This document shows positions 22,171 to 32,066 of a stretch of DNA of 32,066 nt, piece by piece; position 1 is the stretch's first letter; the number at the start of each line of letters is the position of its first letter. Under the pieces are notes generated by a model. The model worked only from the letters and a program-made list of their open reading frames with translations. It ran no database searches and was not told the origin of the DNA. The position numbers were made by a program, and so were the translations under genes. This DNA is from Chiloscyllium plagiosum (lineage: Eukaryota), in contig NW_025215174.1 of NCBI RefSeq assembly GCF_004010195.1, positions 1 through 32,066 of the forward strand, read 5' to 3'.

Positions 22171-22245
22171 ATCCCATCAGGTGTTCGATTATGCTGTGAA
22201 TGCTGCTGTTAATCCCAATCAGCTATTTGTTCCATAGCGTCAATC

Positions 22246-23400
22246 ATAGAGTCATACAGCATGAAATCAGGCCCATCAGTGCAACCAATCCATGCTGAAC
22301 GTACTGCTAAACTAATCTAGTCCCATCTGTCTCCTGCTGTACCCGCTGAGTGGTTATATGCCCTTGTAGTTTTACATCCCAAAAATCCAAATAATATTTT
22401 AGGGACAAAGGGTTCAGGTCCTGGCATGACAGATAGTGGAGTTTGAATTCAATAAGCAACTGGAATTGCAGAGTTTCGTGATGACCTGAATCAGTTGTGT
22501 GGAAACTCCCATCTGATTCACTCATACCAGTTCGTGAAGCAAACTGTCATATTCATCTGCTCTGTCCCACAGGAGACTCCAGATGGATAATATTGTGGTT
22601 GACTCTTAACTGTTCCCTGGGAAATAACTGATGTACTAGGCATGAATAAATTTATTTTAAAAATCCCACTTTCCCATTCATGTTTGAATCGAATTGTTCT
22701 TTAAATGTTGCAAATGCACCCTCATCCATCACTTCCTCAGCAAGTTAATTGCACACGTAAAACACNNNNNNNNNNNNNNNNNNNNNNNNNNNNNNNNNNN
22801 NNNNNNNNNNNNNNNTTTCAGGGAAGAGCCTGATGAACGACACTTGCGCAAAAAAATGATTCCCCTGCCCCCCCATGCTGCCTTACCTGTTGTGGTTTTC
22901 CAGCACACCAATCTCAAATCTGAAAATAGTTTCAGCCTATCCAGCCTTTCATTATAACTCAAACATTCCACACACGGCAACATGCGTGTATACCTTTTCT
23001 GAACCTGCTCCAGCTGAATAATATCATTCCTACAACTGGGCGACCGGAACTGGACATAATATTCCAGAAGAAGCCTCATCAATATCCTGCAAACCTTCAA
23101 CATAACGTCCCGACTACTATACACAAAGGACTGAGCAATGAAGGGAAGTATGTTAAATACCTTTGAACACCTTGTCTGTAGGTGATAGAATTATGTACCT
23201 GCATCCCGAACTTCCGTGTTCTCCAACACTACGCAAAGCCCTACTCTTTTTGTTGTACCAAAATGCAATACCTTCCATTTATCCAGATTGATCTCCATGT
23301 TACATTTTTCAGTCCAACGACTCATTGGATTAATATCCTTTTGATTTTTTTATAATCTTCCTCATTGTCTACAATTGTGATGTCGCCTGCAAACCTACGC
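22246..23400 (-). mobile_element. CR1-type LINE 3' region, interrupted by a SacSINE-type SINE (~22400-22660), a gap and a Penelope-like tail (~22826-22915)
   Basis: Peptide VMLKVCRILMRLLLEYYVQFRSPSCRNDIIQLEQVQKRYTRMLP...SYNERLDRLKLFS; reverse tail atagagtcatacagcatgaaatcaggccc. Confidence 0.8.
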
Positions 23401-24255
23401 AACATGCCTGCTGTGTGTTCCACTGCTTTCTGATATAGATCAATGATTCATATTTACTTGTAGTGGCCGTGGTTTAGCAGTGTGCAGATCATACAACAGT
23501 TAGTCATGCAATTAACCATGAGGAAGAAAGCCGCAGACTGCAGGGAGATATTAAACAATTGGAAATACAAAATGGTGACAACAATTCATTCCAGGGAAGT
23601 GGGTGATGGTGAAGGAAAATCAAACTTCAAACCAGCCGCCCTCACTCCAGTTGTCGCACTCAGTTGTCTCAGCAAGGTGCACTGTAGATCGCTGTCATTA
23701 TAAAGGGGAACAAATTTCCCTTCTGCCCTGCCTTTAACCAGGAGTATTCGCAACCACGGAACTGCTTACGCCTCTAAACCCTCATAGAAGTACCGTGCAT
23801 ACTCCGGTTGTGTCACTGGAGCCATCGAGTATCTCTGCGACCATATTCCCATCCCGATTTCCAGTTGGATCTTTGTGACTGCGCCACTCAGTTCCTCTGA
23901 TTCTGGGGCTGGGAACTAGGATTCTGTGGCAGCAGTGGTTCCAGCCTTGTGTGGGGAGCTGGTGAAGGAGCCGATGTTAAACTGCATTGTTATTGCAGCA
24001 TACATTTCAATAAAACCTGCACTGTCCCCGAAATCTTTGATGTTTGGAGAAATCTATTTATCTCAGCCTTCAGCATATTATTGATGGAATCACCCCAGCC
24101 TCTTTGGGCACCAATGTTAAACGGTCAGCCCATTCTGAGTTCCCACATATCTGCCACTGTTCGCTAAGCACTAATATTCTGTGTTCGGTACTCTGCCTAA
24201 CATTGTCTATACTACTGTACTTATAGCGTCATGGTAGCGTGCTGATGTATGGGAT

Positions 24256-24327
24256 GTCGCGATCGTCTAATGGTTAGTACGCTGCGTTGTGGTTGCAGAA
24301 ACCACAGTTCGAATCTGAGTTACGGCG
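24256..24327 (+). tRNA. tRNA-His(GTG), full length but probably a pseudogene
   Basis: GTCGCGATCGTCTAATGGTTAGTACGCTGCGTTGTGGTTGCAGAAACCACAGTTCGAATCTGAGTTACGGCG; anticodon stem CTGCG/TGCAG, T-loop TTCGAAT, TTTTT at 24350-24354; one mismatch each in acceptor and T stems. Confidence 0.8.
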
Positions 24328-24546
24328 GTAGTTTCTCTATTTGCCCCAGTTTTTGTGAAGCACACAAAGGTATAAGTTGTTTTAACATGGTAATTTTGTC
24401 CAAGGCAATGGTCTTTTTCCTTCAAATTCTGCTCGCTCATAACTCGGTGTTTCATATGTCAGCATTCAAATCCGCCCGTTCTCAGAGACTTCTTCCCTCC
24501 TACGATCATTAACCCGACTTTCCGTCCAACACCCCCATTTCATTAA

Positions 24547-24676
24547 TTTGAGGATGCCGGTGTTGGACTGTGGTGTACAAAGTTAATAATCACACAACAC
24601 CAGGTTATAGTCTTACATGTTTAATTAAAGCACTAGCTTTCGGAGCGCTGCTCTTTCATCATGTCGCTGTGGAATC
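24547..24676 (-). mobile_element. Penelope-like element terminal relic with hammerhead-like core
   Basis: rc acATGATGA-AA-GAGC-AGC-GCTC-C-GAAA-GC-TAGT-GCTT-taattaaacatgtaagactataacctggtgttgtgtgattattaactttgtacaccacagtccaacaccggcatc. Confidence 0.6.
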
Positions 24677-24954
24677 ATATCCTATTTCATCAAGGCACTG
24701 ACTCTCACATTGATACCGATCACTCTGTGCTGCTGTGGTCACTGTTGCTGGGTGAACGTACACCAACCCCACGATCGGGACCTGCAGACCAGTTGATCCA
24801 TTTGGTTACCGCTGTTGTGAGATCAATACTCATGTAGCAATTTTTACTGAGACGGGCAAGAGATTATTGGAGGGTCAAGCTCAGGAAAATGACACAGGAC
24901 AGTATCGAGGAAAAGCAACTCCATTGGAAAAGATCAGTTTGACCGGTTTTCTGC

Positions 24955-25290
24955 AATGCCGAGTACTCTTACCACTGGACTGTTAACTCAGACACCAGGG
25001 ACTCGGGTTTGACTCCCACCATGCTAGGTGGTAGAATGGGATTCAGTAAATATCTGGAATTATGAATCTAATAACTCCCATAAATCCACGGTCAGTTGTT
25101 GAAAAAAAATAAAACCATCAGTTTCACTGTCGTCCTTTAAAGAATGAAACTCCCATTCTTATCTGGTCGGGCCTCCATATGACTCCAGACTCACTTTAAT
25201 ATAGTTGAAACTCAGTGCCCGCTGTATACTTAGAAATAGTAAAATATGCTGCCGAGCGAGCGATGCCCTCATACAGTAGCACAATAAAAG
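24955..25290 (+). mobile_element. SacSINE1/Deu-type SINE, decayed
   Basis: cactggactgttaactcagac...cgggtttgactcccaccatg head; tcttatctggtcgggcctccatatgactccagac core. Confidence 0.7.
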
Positions 25291-25782
25291 AAGTTTATTT
25301 GGCTCTAGCACAAGTACTGTGTGCAGTTCTACAATTCACATTATAGCATTGATGTGATCGCACTGGGAACAGTGCAGGAGAGATTCACTGGAGTATTGTC
25401 TGGCTGAATAGTTTCAGTTATGAGGACAGACTGGGGTTGTTTGTCGCCGAGCAGCGGAGATTGGGGAATACATGACTGAGATGTACAAAACAATCTGGGA
25501 TACGGATCGGATAGACTGAAAGAAACGTTTCCTGTTGATGGAGGGATCAAATACCGGGCCAAGAGATGTCGGGAAAAGGCAGAAAGGTTTGAGTTGATGT
25601 GCGCAAAGCGTCAAAGAGGCGGAAACCCTTTACACCTGAAAAAAAAAATCAGATGAGACTTTGTGATGCCATGACATATACGGCTTTGGGCTGAATGATG
25701 GAAAACTTGATTCAGGTCGTTAAGCAGTTGTGTTGGAAAAGTGCGGCCCCAACAGGCTGAAGGGGCTCCTTCGACGTTGTTG

Positions 25783-25843
25783 TCCTCGGCAGTATCGTGG
25801 TTCGTGTCCCCGCCTGTCAGAGAGCTCAATTCTCTGCTAGGGG
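25783..25843 (+). pseudogene. tRNA-Asp(GTC) derivative with ~10-nt internal deletion, copy 3
   Basis: TCCTCGGCAGTATCGTGGTTCGTGTCCCCGCCTGTCAGAGAGCTCAATTCTCTGCTAGGGG, then TTTTT about 10 nt downstream. Confidence 0.85.
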
Positions 25844-27623
25844 CATCGTAAAGTTTTTAAACCTGTCGCTCTTTCTCCAGTGAAGGTTATTAATGCCTGG
25901 CCTTCCATTCTCAATTGGATATGTCACAGCAATGACAGTCCTGTCTGAATCAGCTGGGGAAGGACTGCAGCTCCTGGAGAGAGAGTGTCAGTGAAAGTGC
26001 TAACACGTGATTTCTGCAAACTGCACATTGTATCTGTGTTGGAATGAAAACAATTTTATCGATTTGTTTCTGACTTAAATGTTTGCTTAAAGCAGGAACC
26101 TTCGGAAGAAAACAGGGTAATCCATTCATATATGAGGGCAAAATATTTCCTGCAGCACGAATGAGGTTGTACATCGCAGAATCGCGTTTGGATACATTGA
26201 ATTATGGTTGATGGGCGCAACTTGCTTTCACTCGGCTGAGGTACCAGTGTATAAAGCTATTAAACATTATGCAGATGGTGCCCACTGTTATGATATAATT
26301 CCTGAGTGGCTCGCACTGATTTTAGATCTGCATTTGAGGTGAATTGACCATGTTAAATTGCCCTGTCATGTCGAGGGAGTGAAATCACTAAGTTAAATGA
26401 ATTAGGCATGGGTAATGCGGGGATAATGTAAGCAGTCACACGATGCAATGTTTTATTCCAGTAGGTTTACTTGAAATCACAAGCCAGAGGGCTGTTCTTC
26501 TTCAGGTGAAATATATGGGATAGAGTGGGGGGAGATGTCTGGTTGTGATGCTCTTCAGAGTGACCCTATAGACTCGATGTGGTGAATTNNNNNNNNNNNN
26601 NNNNNNNNNNNNNNNNNNNNNNNNNNNNNNNNNNNNNNNNNNNNNNNNNNNNNNNNNNNNNNNNNNNNNNNNNNNNNNNNNNNNNNNNNNNNNNNNNNNN
26701 NNNNNNNNNNNNNNNNNNNNNNNNNNNNNNNNNNNNNNNNNNNNNNNNNNNNNNNNNNNNNNNNNNNNNNNNNNNNNNNNNNNNNNNNNNNNNNNNNNNN
26801 NNNNNNNNNNNNNNNNNNNNNNNNNNNNNNNNNNNNNNNNNNNNNNNNNNNNNNNNNNNNNNNNNNNNNNNNNNNNNNNNNNNNNNNNNNNNNNNNNNNN
26901 NNNNNNNNNNNNNNNNNNNNNNNNNNNNNNNNNNNNNNNNNNNNNNNNNNNNNNNNNNNNNNNNNNNNNNNNNNNNNNNNNNNNNNNNNNNNNNNNNNNN
27001 NNNNNNNNNNNNNNNNNNNNNNNNNNNNNNNNNNNNNNNNNNNNNNNNNNNNNNNNNNNNNNNNNNNNNNNNNNNNNNNNNNNNNNNNNNNNNNNNNNNN
27101 NNNNNNNNNNNNNNNNNNNNNNNNNNNNNNNNNNNNNNNNNNNNNNNNNNNAGCTCGAGTACTGTGTGCAGTTCTACAATTCACATTATAGCATGGATGT
27201 GATCGCACTGGGAACAGTGCAGGAGAGATGTACTGGGGTATTGTTTGGCTGAATAGTTTCAGTTATGAGGACAGACTGTGGTTGTTTTTCGCCGAGCAGC
27301 GGAGATTGGGGAAGAGATGACTGAGATGTTCGAAACAATTAGGGATACGGATCGGATAGATTGAAAGAAGCGTTTCCTGTTGATGGAGGGATCGAATACC
27401 GGGCCAAGAGATGGCGGGAAAAGAAGTAAGGTTAGAGTAGATGTGCGCAAAGGGTCACAGAGGCGGAAACCCTTTTCAGCTGAAAAAAAAATTAGATGAG
27501 ACTTTGTGATGCCAAGACATATAAGGCTATGGGCTGAATGATGGAAAACTTGATTCAGGTCGTTAAGCATTTGTGTTGGAAAGTGTGGCCACAACAGGCT
27601 AAGGGCCTCCTTCGACGTTGTTG

Positions 27624-27684
27624 TCCTCGGCAGTATCGTGGTTAGTGTCCCCGCCTGTCACAGGGCTCAATTCTCCACTGGGGG
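27624..27684 (+). pseudogene. tRNA-Asp(GTC) derivative with ~10-nt internal deletion, copy 4
   Basis: TCCTCGGCAGTATCGTGGTTAGTGTCCCCGCCTGTCACAGGGCTCAATTCTCCACTGGGGG, then TTTT at 27696-27699. Confidence 0.85.
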
Positions 27685-29767
27685 CATCGTAAAGGTTTTA
27701 AACCTGTGACTCTGTTCCCCAGTGAAGGTTATTAATGCCTGGCCTTCCATTCTCGATGGGATATGTCACAGCAAGGACAGTGCTGTCTGAATCAGCGTGG
27801 GGAAGGACTGCAGCTCCTGGAGAGAGAGTGTCAGTGAAAGTGAAAACCACGTGATTTCTGCAAACTGTACATTGTATCTGTGTTGGAATGAAAACCATTT
27901 TATCGATTTGTTTCTGACTGAAATGTTTGCTTAAAGCAGGAACCTGAGGAAGAAAACAGGGTAAACCCATTCAGATCTGAGTGCAGAAACATTTCCTGCA
28001 CCACGAATGAGGTTGTACAGCACAGAATCGCGTTTGGATGCATTGAATTATGGTTGATGGGCGCAGCTTGCTTTCACTAGCCTGAGTTACCAATGTGTAA
28101 AGATGTTAAACATGATGCAGATGGTTCTCAATGTTATGATATAATTGTTGAGTGGCTCGCACTGATTTTACATCTGCAGGTGAGGTGGATTGACCATGTT
28201 AAATTGCCCTGTCATTCCAGGGAGTGAAATCACTAAGTTAAGTGAATTAGCCATGGGTAATGTCAGCAGTCACACGATGCAATTGTTTATTCCAATAGGT
28301 TTATTTGAAATCACAAGCCAGGGGGCTGTTCTTTCCTCAAGTGAAATATATGGGATAGAGTGGGGGCTAGGTTTGGTTGTGATGCTCTTCAGAGTGACCC
28401 TATAGACTCTATTGGGTGAATTGTACTTTCTGCCTTGTAGGGAATCTGTGATTCTATCAGAGAGGACACTGCCAGCGTTTACTGGGGAGCTAAGACATTA
28501 GAGACGATGCTAACGGCGTTTAGTGGGGATGGTATTTTATTTATTTCTGTGTTGGAAAATTTGGAACTGAACCAAGGAAAACCGAATGGAAGTTTTCCAG
28601 AGTATGTGAGGTTTGGAGGGAGGAAATAAGTGGTAAATTCACTCTTTCAAGTTACTAAATTTCTGAACGTCAGGTATTCAAAACCATTGATATAGGACAA
28701 AGAAATGATGGGAGCAGAATTTCTGTCACTCAGAGAATCCGTTTCTAAAATATTTGGGAAGGCACATTTGAAGACACACAAGCAGCGAGTTTCACCAGGA
28801 TAGAGAGACAGCCTGTGGCTGGGTAAAAGTGTAAAAGTGGGGTGTGGGGGATGGAAGGTGCGAGGAAGCAATGTCTAATTTGGATAAAATGAAATGTAAA
28901 GAAATATCAGAAACGTATGCAGCCGAATAAGAGTCAGCAAAAAATGCAGAATTTTGAAAGATTTGCATTAATATTCCACATTAAACATTATAAATTGAAC
29001 TGAGCAGATTTTATAGATTGTCAAGGAAAGATATTCCATAATAAATAGGAAGTGACACGTCGCTTGGAGGTCGATTTTCTGTTTTAATCCCTTGCCTTAA
29101 AGACGGGCGGACAATCGCCATGATGTTGGGTTCATTAGATACCCACTGAAATCTGCCAAAGCAACTGAGCATCAAAACTGGCTTTTTCTTTGCAGTTAAA
29201 CTTTTAGTTTTTCTCATCAGTATTTTCTTAAAGCTGAAATAAATTCGGATCAAAATTGAATACAATATTAAACATTCCAATGATATAAATCCAATTCACT
29301 TCCGATCATTGCAATGAGCAGAGTGAGGTTGATTAATAAAATGAAGCGAAATTAATAAAATGAAGCGAACAAAACTGCATTTCCGGGAACTTTACCCAGT
29401 TCAGGTTCAGCCATATGAGAAAAACCATCGAGCTAAACCATCACCTTCACTTCTGTCTCCATATATACTTCTTCACGTGAGGGACAAACTGTCTGAAGAA
29501 ATTATGAGTCAAGGCTAAATATGCGTGTGAATGTGACGGGAATTTCTTGTTCGCTGGTTCATTCTGAGACAGTTCCAACTCGGAATGAATCAATGACAGG
29601 TATTCCTTCCAAGGATGGTGTCAATTCCTTGGATTTTGCTGATATTATCATTCCTCTGAAAGCAGAAACATAATGGTGTGGATTCGATTCCGCTCAAGGA
29701 ATTTCCCATCCCCTATTAGCACCATATGTAATCTTGACAGGGTCATAAGTGAGCTCCTTTACTATGC

Positions 29768-29844
29768 GAGGAAATGACCCCGAGGTTATGGCGGCGGGTT
29801 GGTAATTCATTGTTCACATGTGGGTTCAAATCCTACTCTGTTAC
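29768..29844 (+). pseudogene. tRNA-Ser(GCT) pseudogene
   Basis: First 46 nt align ungapped at 33 positions with GACGAGGTGGCCGAGTGGTTAAGGCGATGGACTGCTAATCCATTGT; shortened variable arm; gtgggttcaaatcctac T arm; TTTT immediately after. Confidence 0.65.
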
Positions 29845-30529
29845 TTTTATTAAACGCAGCTATGGTTTTCCTTTGTGACTCGCATCTTTAGTATACATTA
29901 GATGGAGAATCTTGCACTTGCACTTCATTGCACCGGGGATTTGCGATAAATTGATACCACATCAAAGTCGAAACAAACCAATTTGATTCTGTTGTAAGTT
30001 GAATTGGGATAATGAAAAGGAGTGCAACTTTTGTTTCATCCCTTCATTCCGTCTTGACTTTCTATGAATATACATCGAATGAAAGAGAAACAAATAAGGA
30101 GAAATCGAGAGCAATAGTTTATCCAGTGGGATTGTGAATGAGTATTTTGATGTAACATTCCACACAAAGGTCTGATCAGTATTTTAGACAGTCAATTGGA
30201 ATTGGAACTGCAGAAAGCTTCTCCAGTGAAACAAACCTTTCATTCTTTCACAAACTATTGCCGTGTGAATCACACTGCGATTCATCATCCAACGTGATCA
30301 CCAAGTTGCCAACAGGATTAGATCCACCAATTTTCTTTAGCAATCACAACTTCTGCACATACCCATCAGCAGTGTGCCCAGTGCCTATTGTTGTTTCCAG
30401 GCCACAACACATTTCTTGTTCATGGGTTTATCAGCCTTGTTCCTGATCTGTCTGATAAGATTGAGAAACCTTTTCTATCACTTCATCCCATCCCCTCAGA
30501 ATTCCAAACTTATCAATAGAATAATACGT

Positions 30530-31035
30530 TCGACCGAATGATGTAGGATTGGAAGTCGGCCATTCAGCCCATAGAGTCTGCTCCACCATTCAATTAACTC
30601 ATGGCTGATCTGATAATCCTCAACTCCATTCTCCAGCCTTACGTCAAAAGAGCTTCATCGTCTTTCTGGTTAAATATCTGTCTGGCACATTTTGAAAATA
30701 CACAATATCTCAGACTAAACAAAAGTTTCTGGAAAGGGTTCCACAGAATCACTGGACTCTGAGCAAAGAAATTACTCCACTTTGCTGAATTAAATTGGCA
30801 ATAACTAATTGTGACTTCATATCCTCTGGTGCTCTCCTCATACCAGAGGGCAAACAATCTGCCCGTAACTACCCTGTTAAGATCCCATGAATATTGAACG
30901 TTTATAAATGTTATTATGTGATAATAGAGCTCCCGTCCACCTCCTTTGTTTCAAGGAGAATAATCCCAGCCTAACCGATCATTCCACGAAGGTCTAGTTT
31001 ATCCAATGTTGACAATTCCTCGCAAATCTCTGCTG
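30530..31035 (-). mobile_element. CR1-type LINE 3' fragment (mirror copy at ~14200-14600, +)
   Basis: Reverse tail gtaggattggaagtcggccattcagcccatagagtctgctccaccattcaat; ttccacagaatcactggactctgagcaaagaaatt. Confidence 0.75.
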
Positions 31036-31208
31036 TCCCCTGCAGCGTTCTTACATATTATTAAGGCAAGTAGAGAAATTTATGCGAGGAAACGAGTGAA
31101 ATTTCATGCACAGACGGGAAATGGAGCTTGAAATCAGACATCGACTGGAATCAGATCGGTCCACACAAGGACGGAATACAGTAATGATAACTCTGACAAA
31201 TGAGAATC

Positions 31209-32066
31209 CCGAGGGGAGCACTACCCCTGCTCATGGCTCTACCCCCATTCCCCCACCATCACACCCACTCCAGGTACTGGCTCCGACCCCACTCCCAGCT
31301 CTACAACCACACCAGCTCCCAGCTCCCAGCCCTGCCGAGTTTTCACCATCCCTCCAGACCTCCCCCTCACTGAGGACGAACGATCAGTCCTCAGCAAAGG
31401 ACTCACCTTCGTCCCCCTCCGTCCACGCATCAATGAATTTAATACACGCCGTGACATCGAACAATTCTTCCGTCGCCTCCGCCTCCGAGCTTACTTTCAT
31501 AATCAGGACTCCCGCCCACCTTCCGAGGACCCCTTCGCCCACCTCCAACACACTGCATCCACCTGGACACCCCGCGCTGGCCTATTACCTGCCCTCGACC
31601 TCTTCATTCACAACTGCCGCCGGGACATTAACCGCCTCAACCTGTCGACCCCCCTCCCCCACTCCAACCTCTCACCCTCACAACGCGCAGCCCTCCAATC
31701 CCCCTGCTCCAATCCTGACCTCACCATCAAGCCAGCAGACAAAGGGGGCGCAGTGGTAGTCTGGCACACTGACCTCTACATCGCTGAAGCCAAACACCAA
31801 CTCGAGGACACCTCTTCCTACCGCCCCCTTGACCATGACCCCACCCCCCATCACCAAACCATCATCTCCCAGACCATACACAACCTCATCACCTCAGGAG
31901 ATCTCCCACCCACAGCTTCCAACCTCATAGTCCAGGAACCCCGCACTGCCGGTTCTACCTGCTTCCCAAGAACCACAAGCCTGACCACCCTGGCCGACCC
32001 ATTGTCTCAGCATGCTCCTGCCCCACTGAACTCAAATCTACCTACCTCGACACTGTCCTATCCCAC
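31209..32066 (+). mobile_element. Penelope-like retrotransposon, 5'-truncated, N-terminal part of RT ORF with one frameshift at ~31950; continues beyond window
   Basis: Frame +1 reads SVLSKGLTFVP...FFRRLRLRAYF...SNLSPSQRAALQS...LTIKPADKGGAVVVW; after a 1-nt loss it reads RFYLLPKNHKPDHPGRPIVSACSCPTE (DKG motif and first RT motifs of Penelope-like elements). Confidence 0.92.

Larger units (their letters stand above)
20269..22245. repeat. Tandem duplication of a ~990-bp unit (20269-21258, 21259-22245)
   Basis: gtttccgacactg...tgttccatagcgtcaatc occurs twice head-to-tail with no gap at the junction. Confidence 0.95.
25314..28422. repeat. Tandem duplication of the tRNA-Asp-derivative unit in the right arm (copies start at 25314 and 27159; junction in gap)
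   Basis: gtactgtgtgcagttctacaattcacattatagcat at both starts; colinear to gatgctcttcagagtgaccctatagactc. Confidence 0.9.
23615..31208 (-). repeat. Right arm of large inverted duplication
   Basis: Reverse complement colinear with 14034-20255 (see anchors for the left arm); ~24370-25310 has no visible counterpart, the left arm has a gap there. Confidence 0.9.

Noticed and set aside
26555..27208. 207-217 aa ORFs
   Set aside because: N-gap artefacts
16584..28422. Idea that the Asp-derivative units are a new SINE family
   Set aside because: Homology extends hundreds of bases upstream of the tRNA start and there is no tail or target-site duplication, so copies arose by DNA-level duplication
29332..29369. 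Short tandem duplication attaataaaatgaagcgaa x2
   Set aside because: Ordinary slippage duplication, single copy in the mirror arm; no functional signal
29626..29702. tccttg...gtggattcgattccgctcaagga, tRNA-like ends with a B-box-like motif (mirror at ~15675-15750)
   Set aside because: No A-box, D arm or anticodon arm, and no isotype can be assigned
31106..31759. 217-aa Ser/Pro/Thr-rich ORF
   Set aside because: Shadow frame of the C-rich Penelope ORF; its start lies in the inverted-arm sequence outside the element
1..32066. CRISPR array, operon or prokaryotic/phage system
   Set aside because: No regularly spaced repeat-spacer array or dense coding; content is vertebrate retroelements and tRNA relics

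Overview
Eukaryotic, repeat-rich, gapped (N runs) genomic DNA, most likely from a cartilaginous fish (shark), judged from abundant HE1-type (V-SINE) SINEs, SacSINE1/Deu-type SINEs and HER1/CR1-type LINE 3' fragments. No intact multi-exon gene is visible; nearly all ORF-track entries are repeat shadows or gap artefacts. The dominant hidden structure is a ~17 kb mirror arrangement: 14034-~20255 is an old inverted copy of ~23615-31208 around a ~3.4 kb spacer. Both arms carry a decayed tRNA cluster (Ser-GCT, two Asp-GTC derivatives, His-GTG, iMet-like). The four Asp derivatives share the same ~10-nt deletion and look better conserved than their flanks. Also present: a 5'-truncated Penelope-like RT running off the right end, several hammerhead-ribozyme-like Penelope tail relics, three C2H2 zinc-finger relics sharing a frameshift, a microhomology-bounded duplication-insertion (6613-7405), tandem duplications and one candidate terminal coding exon. 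Repeat family names come from recalled consensus motifs, not database searches. Repeat boundaries are approximate.
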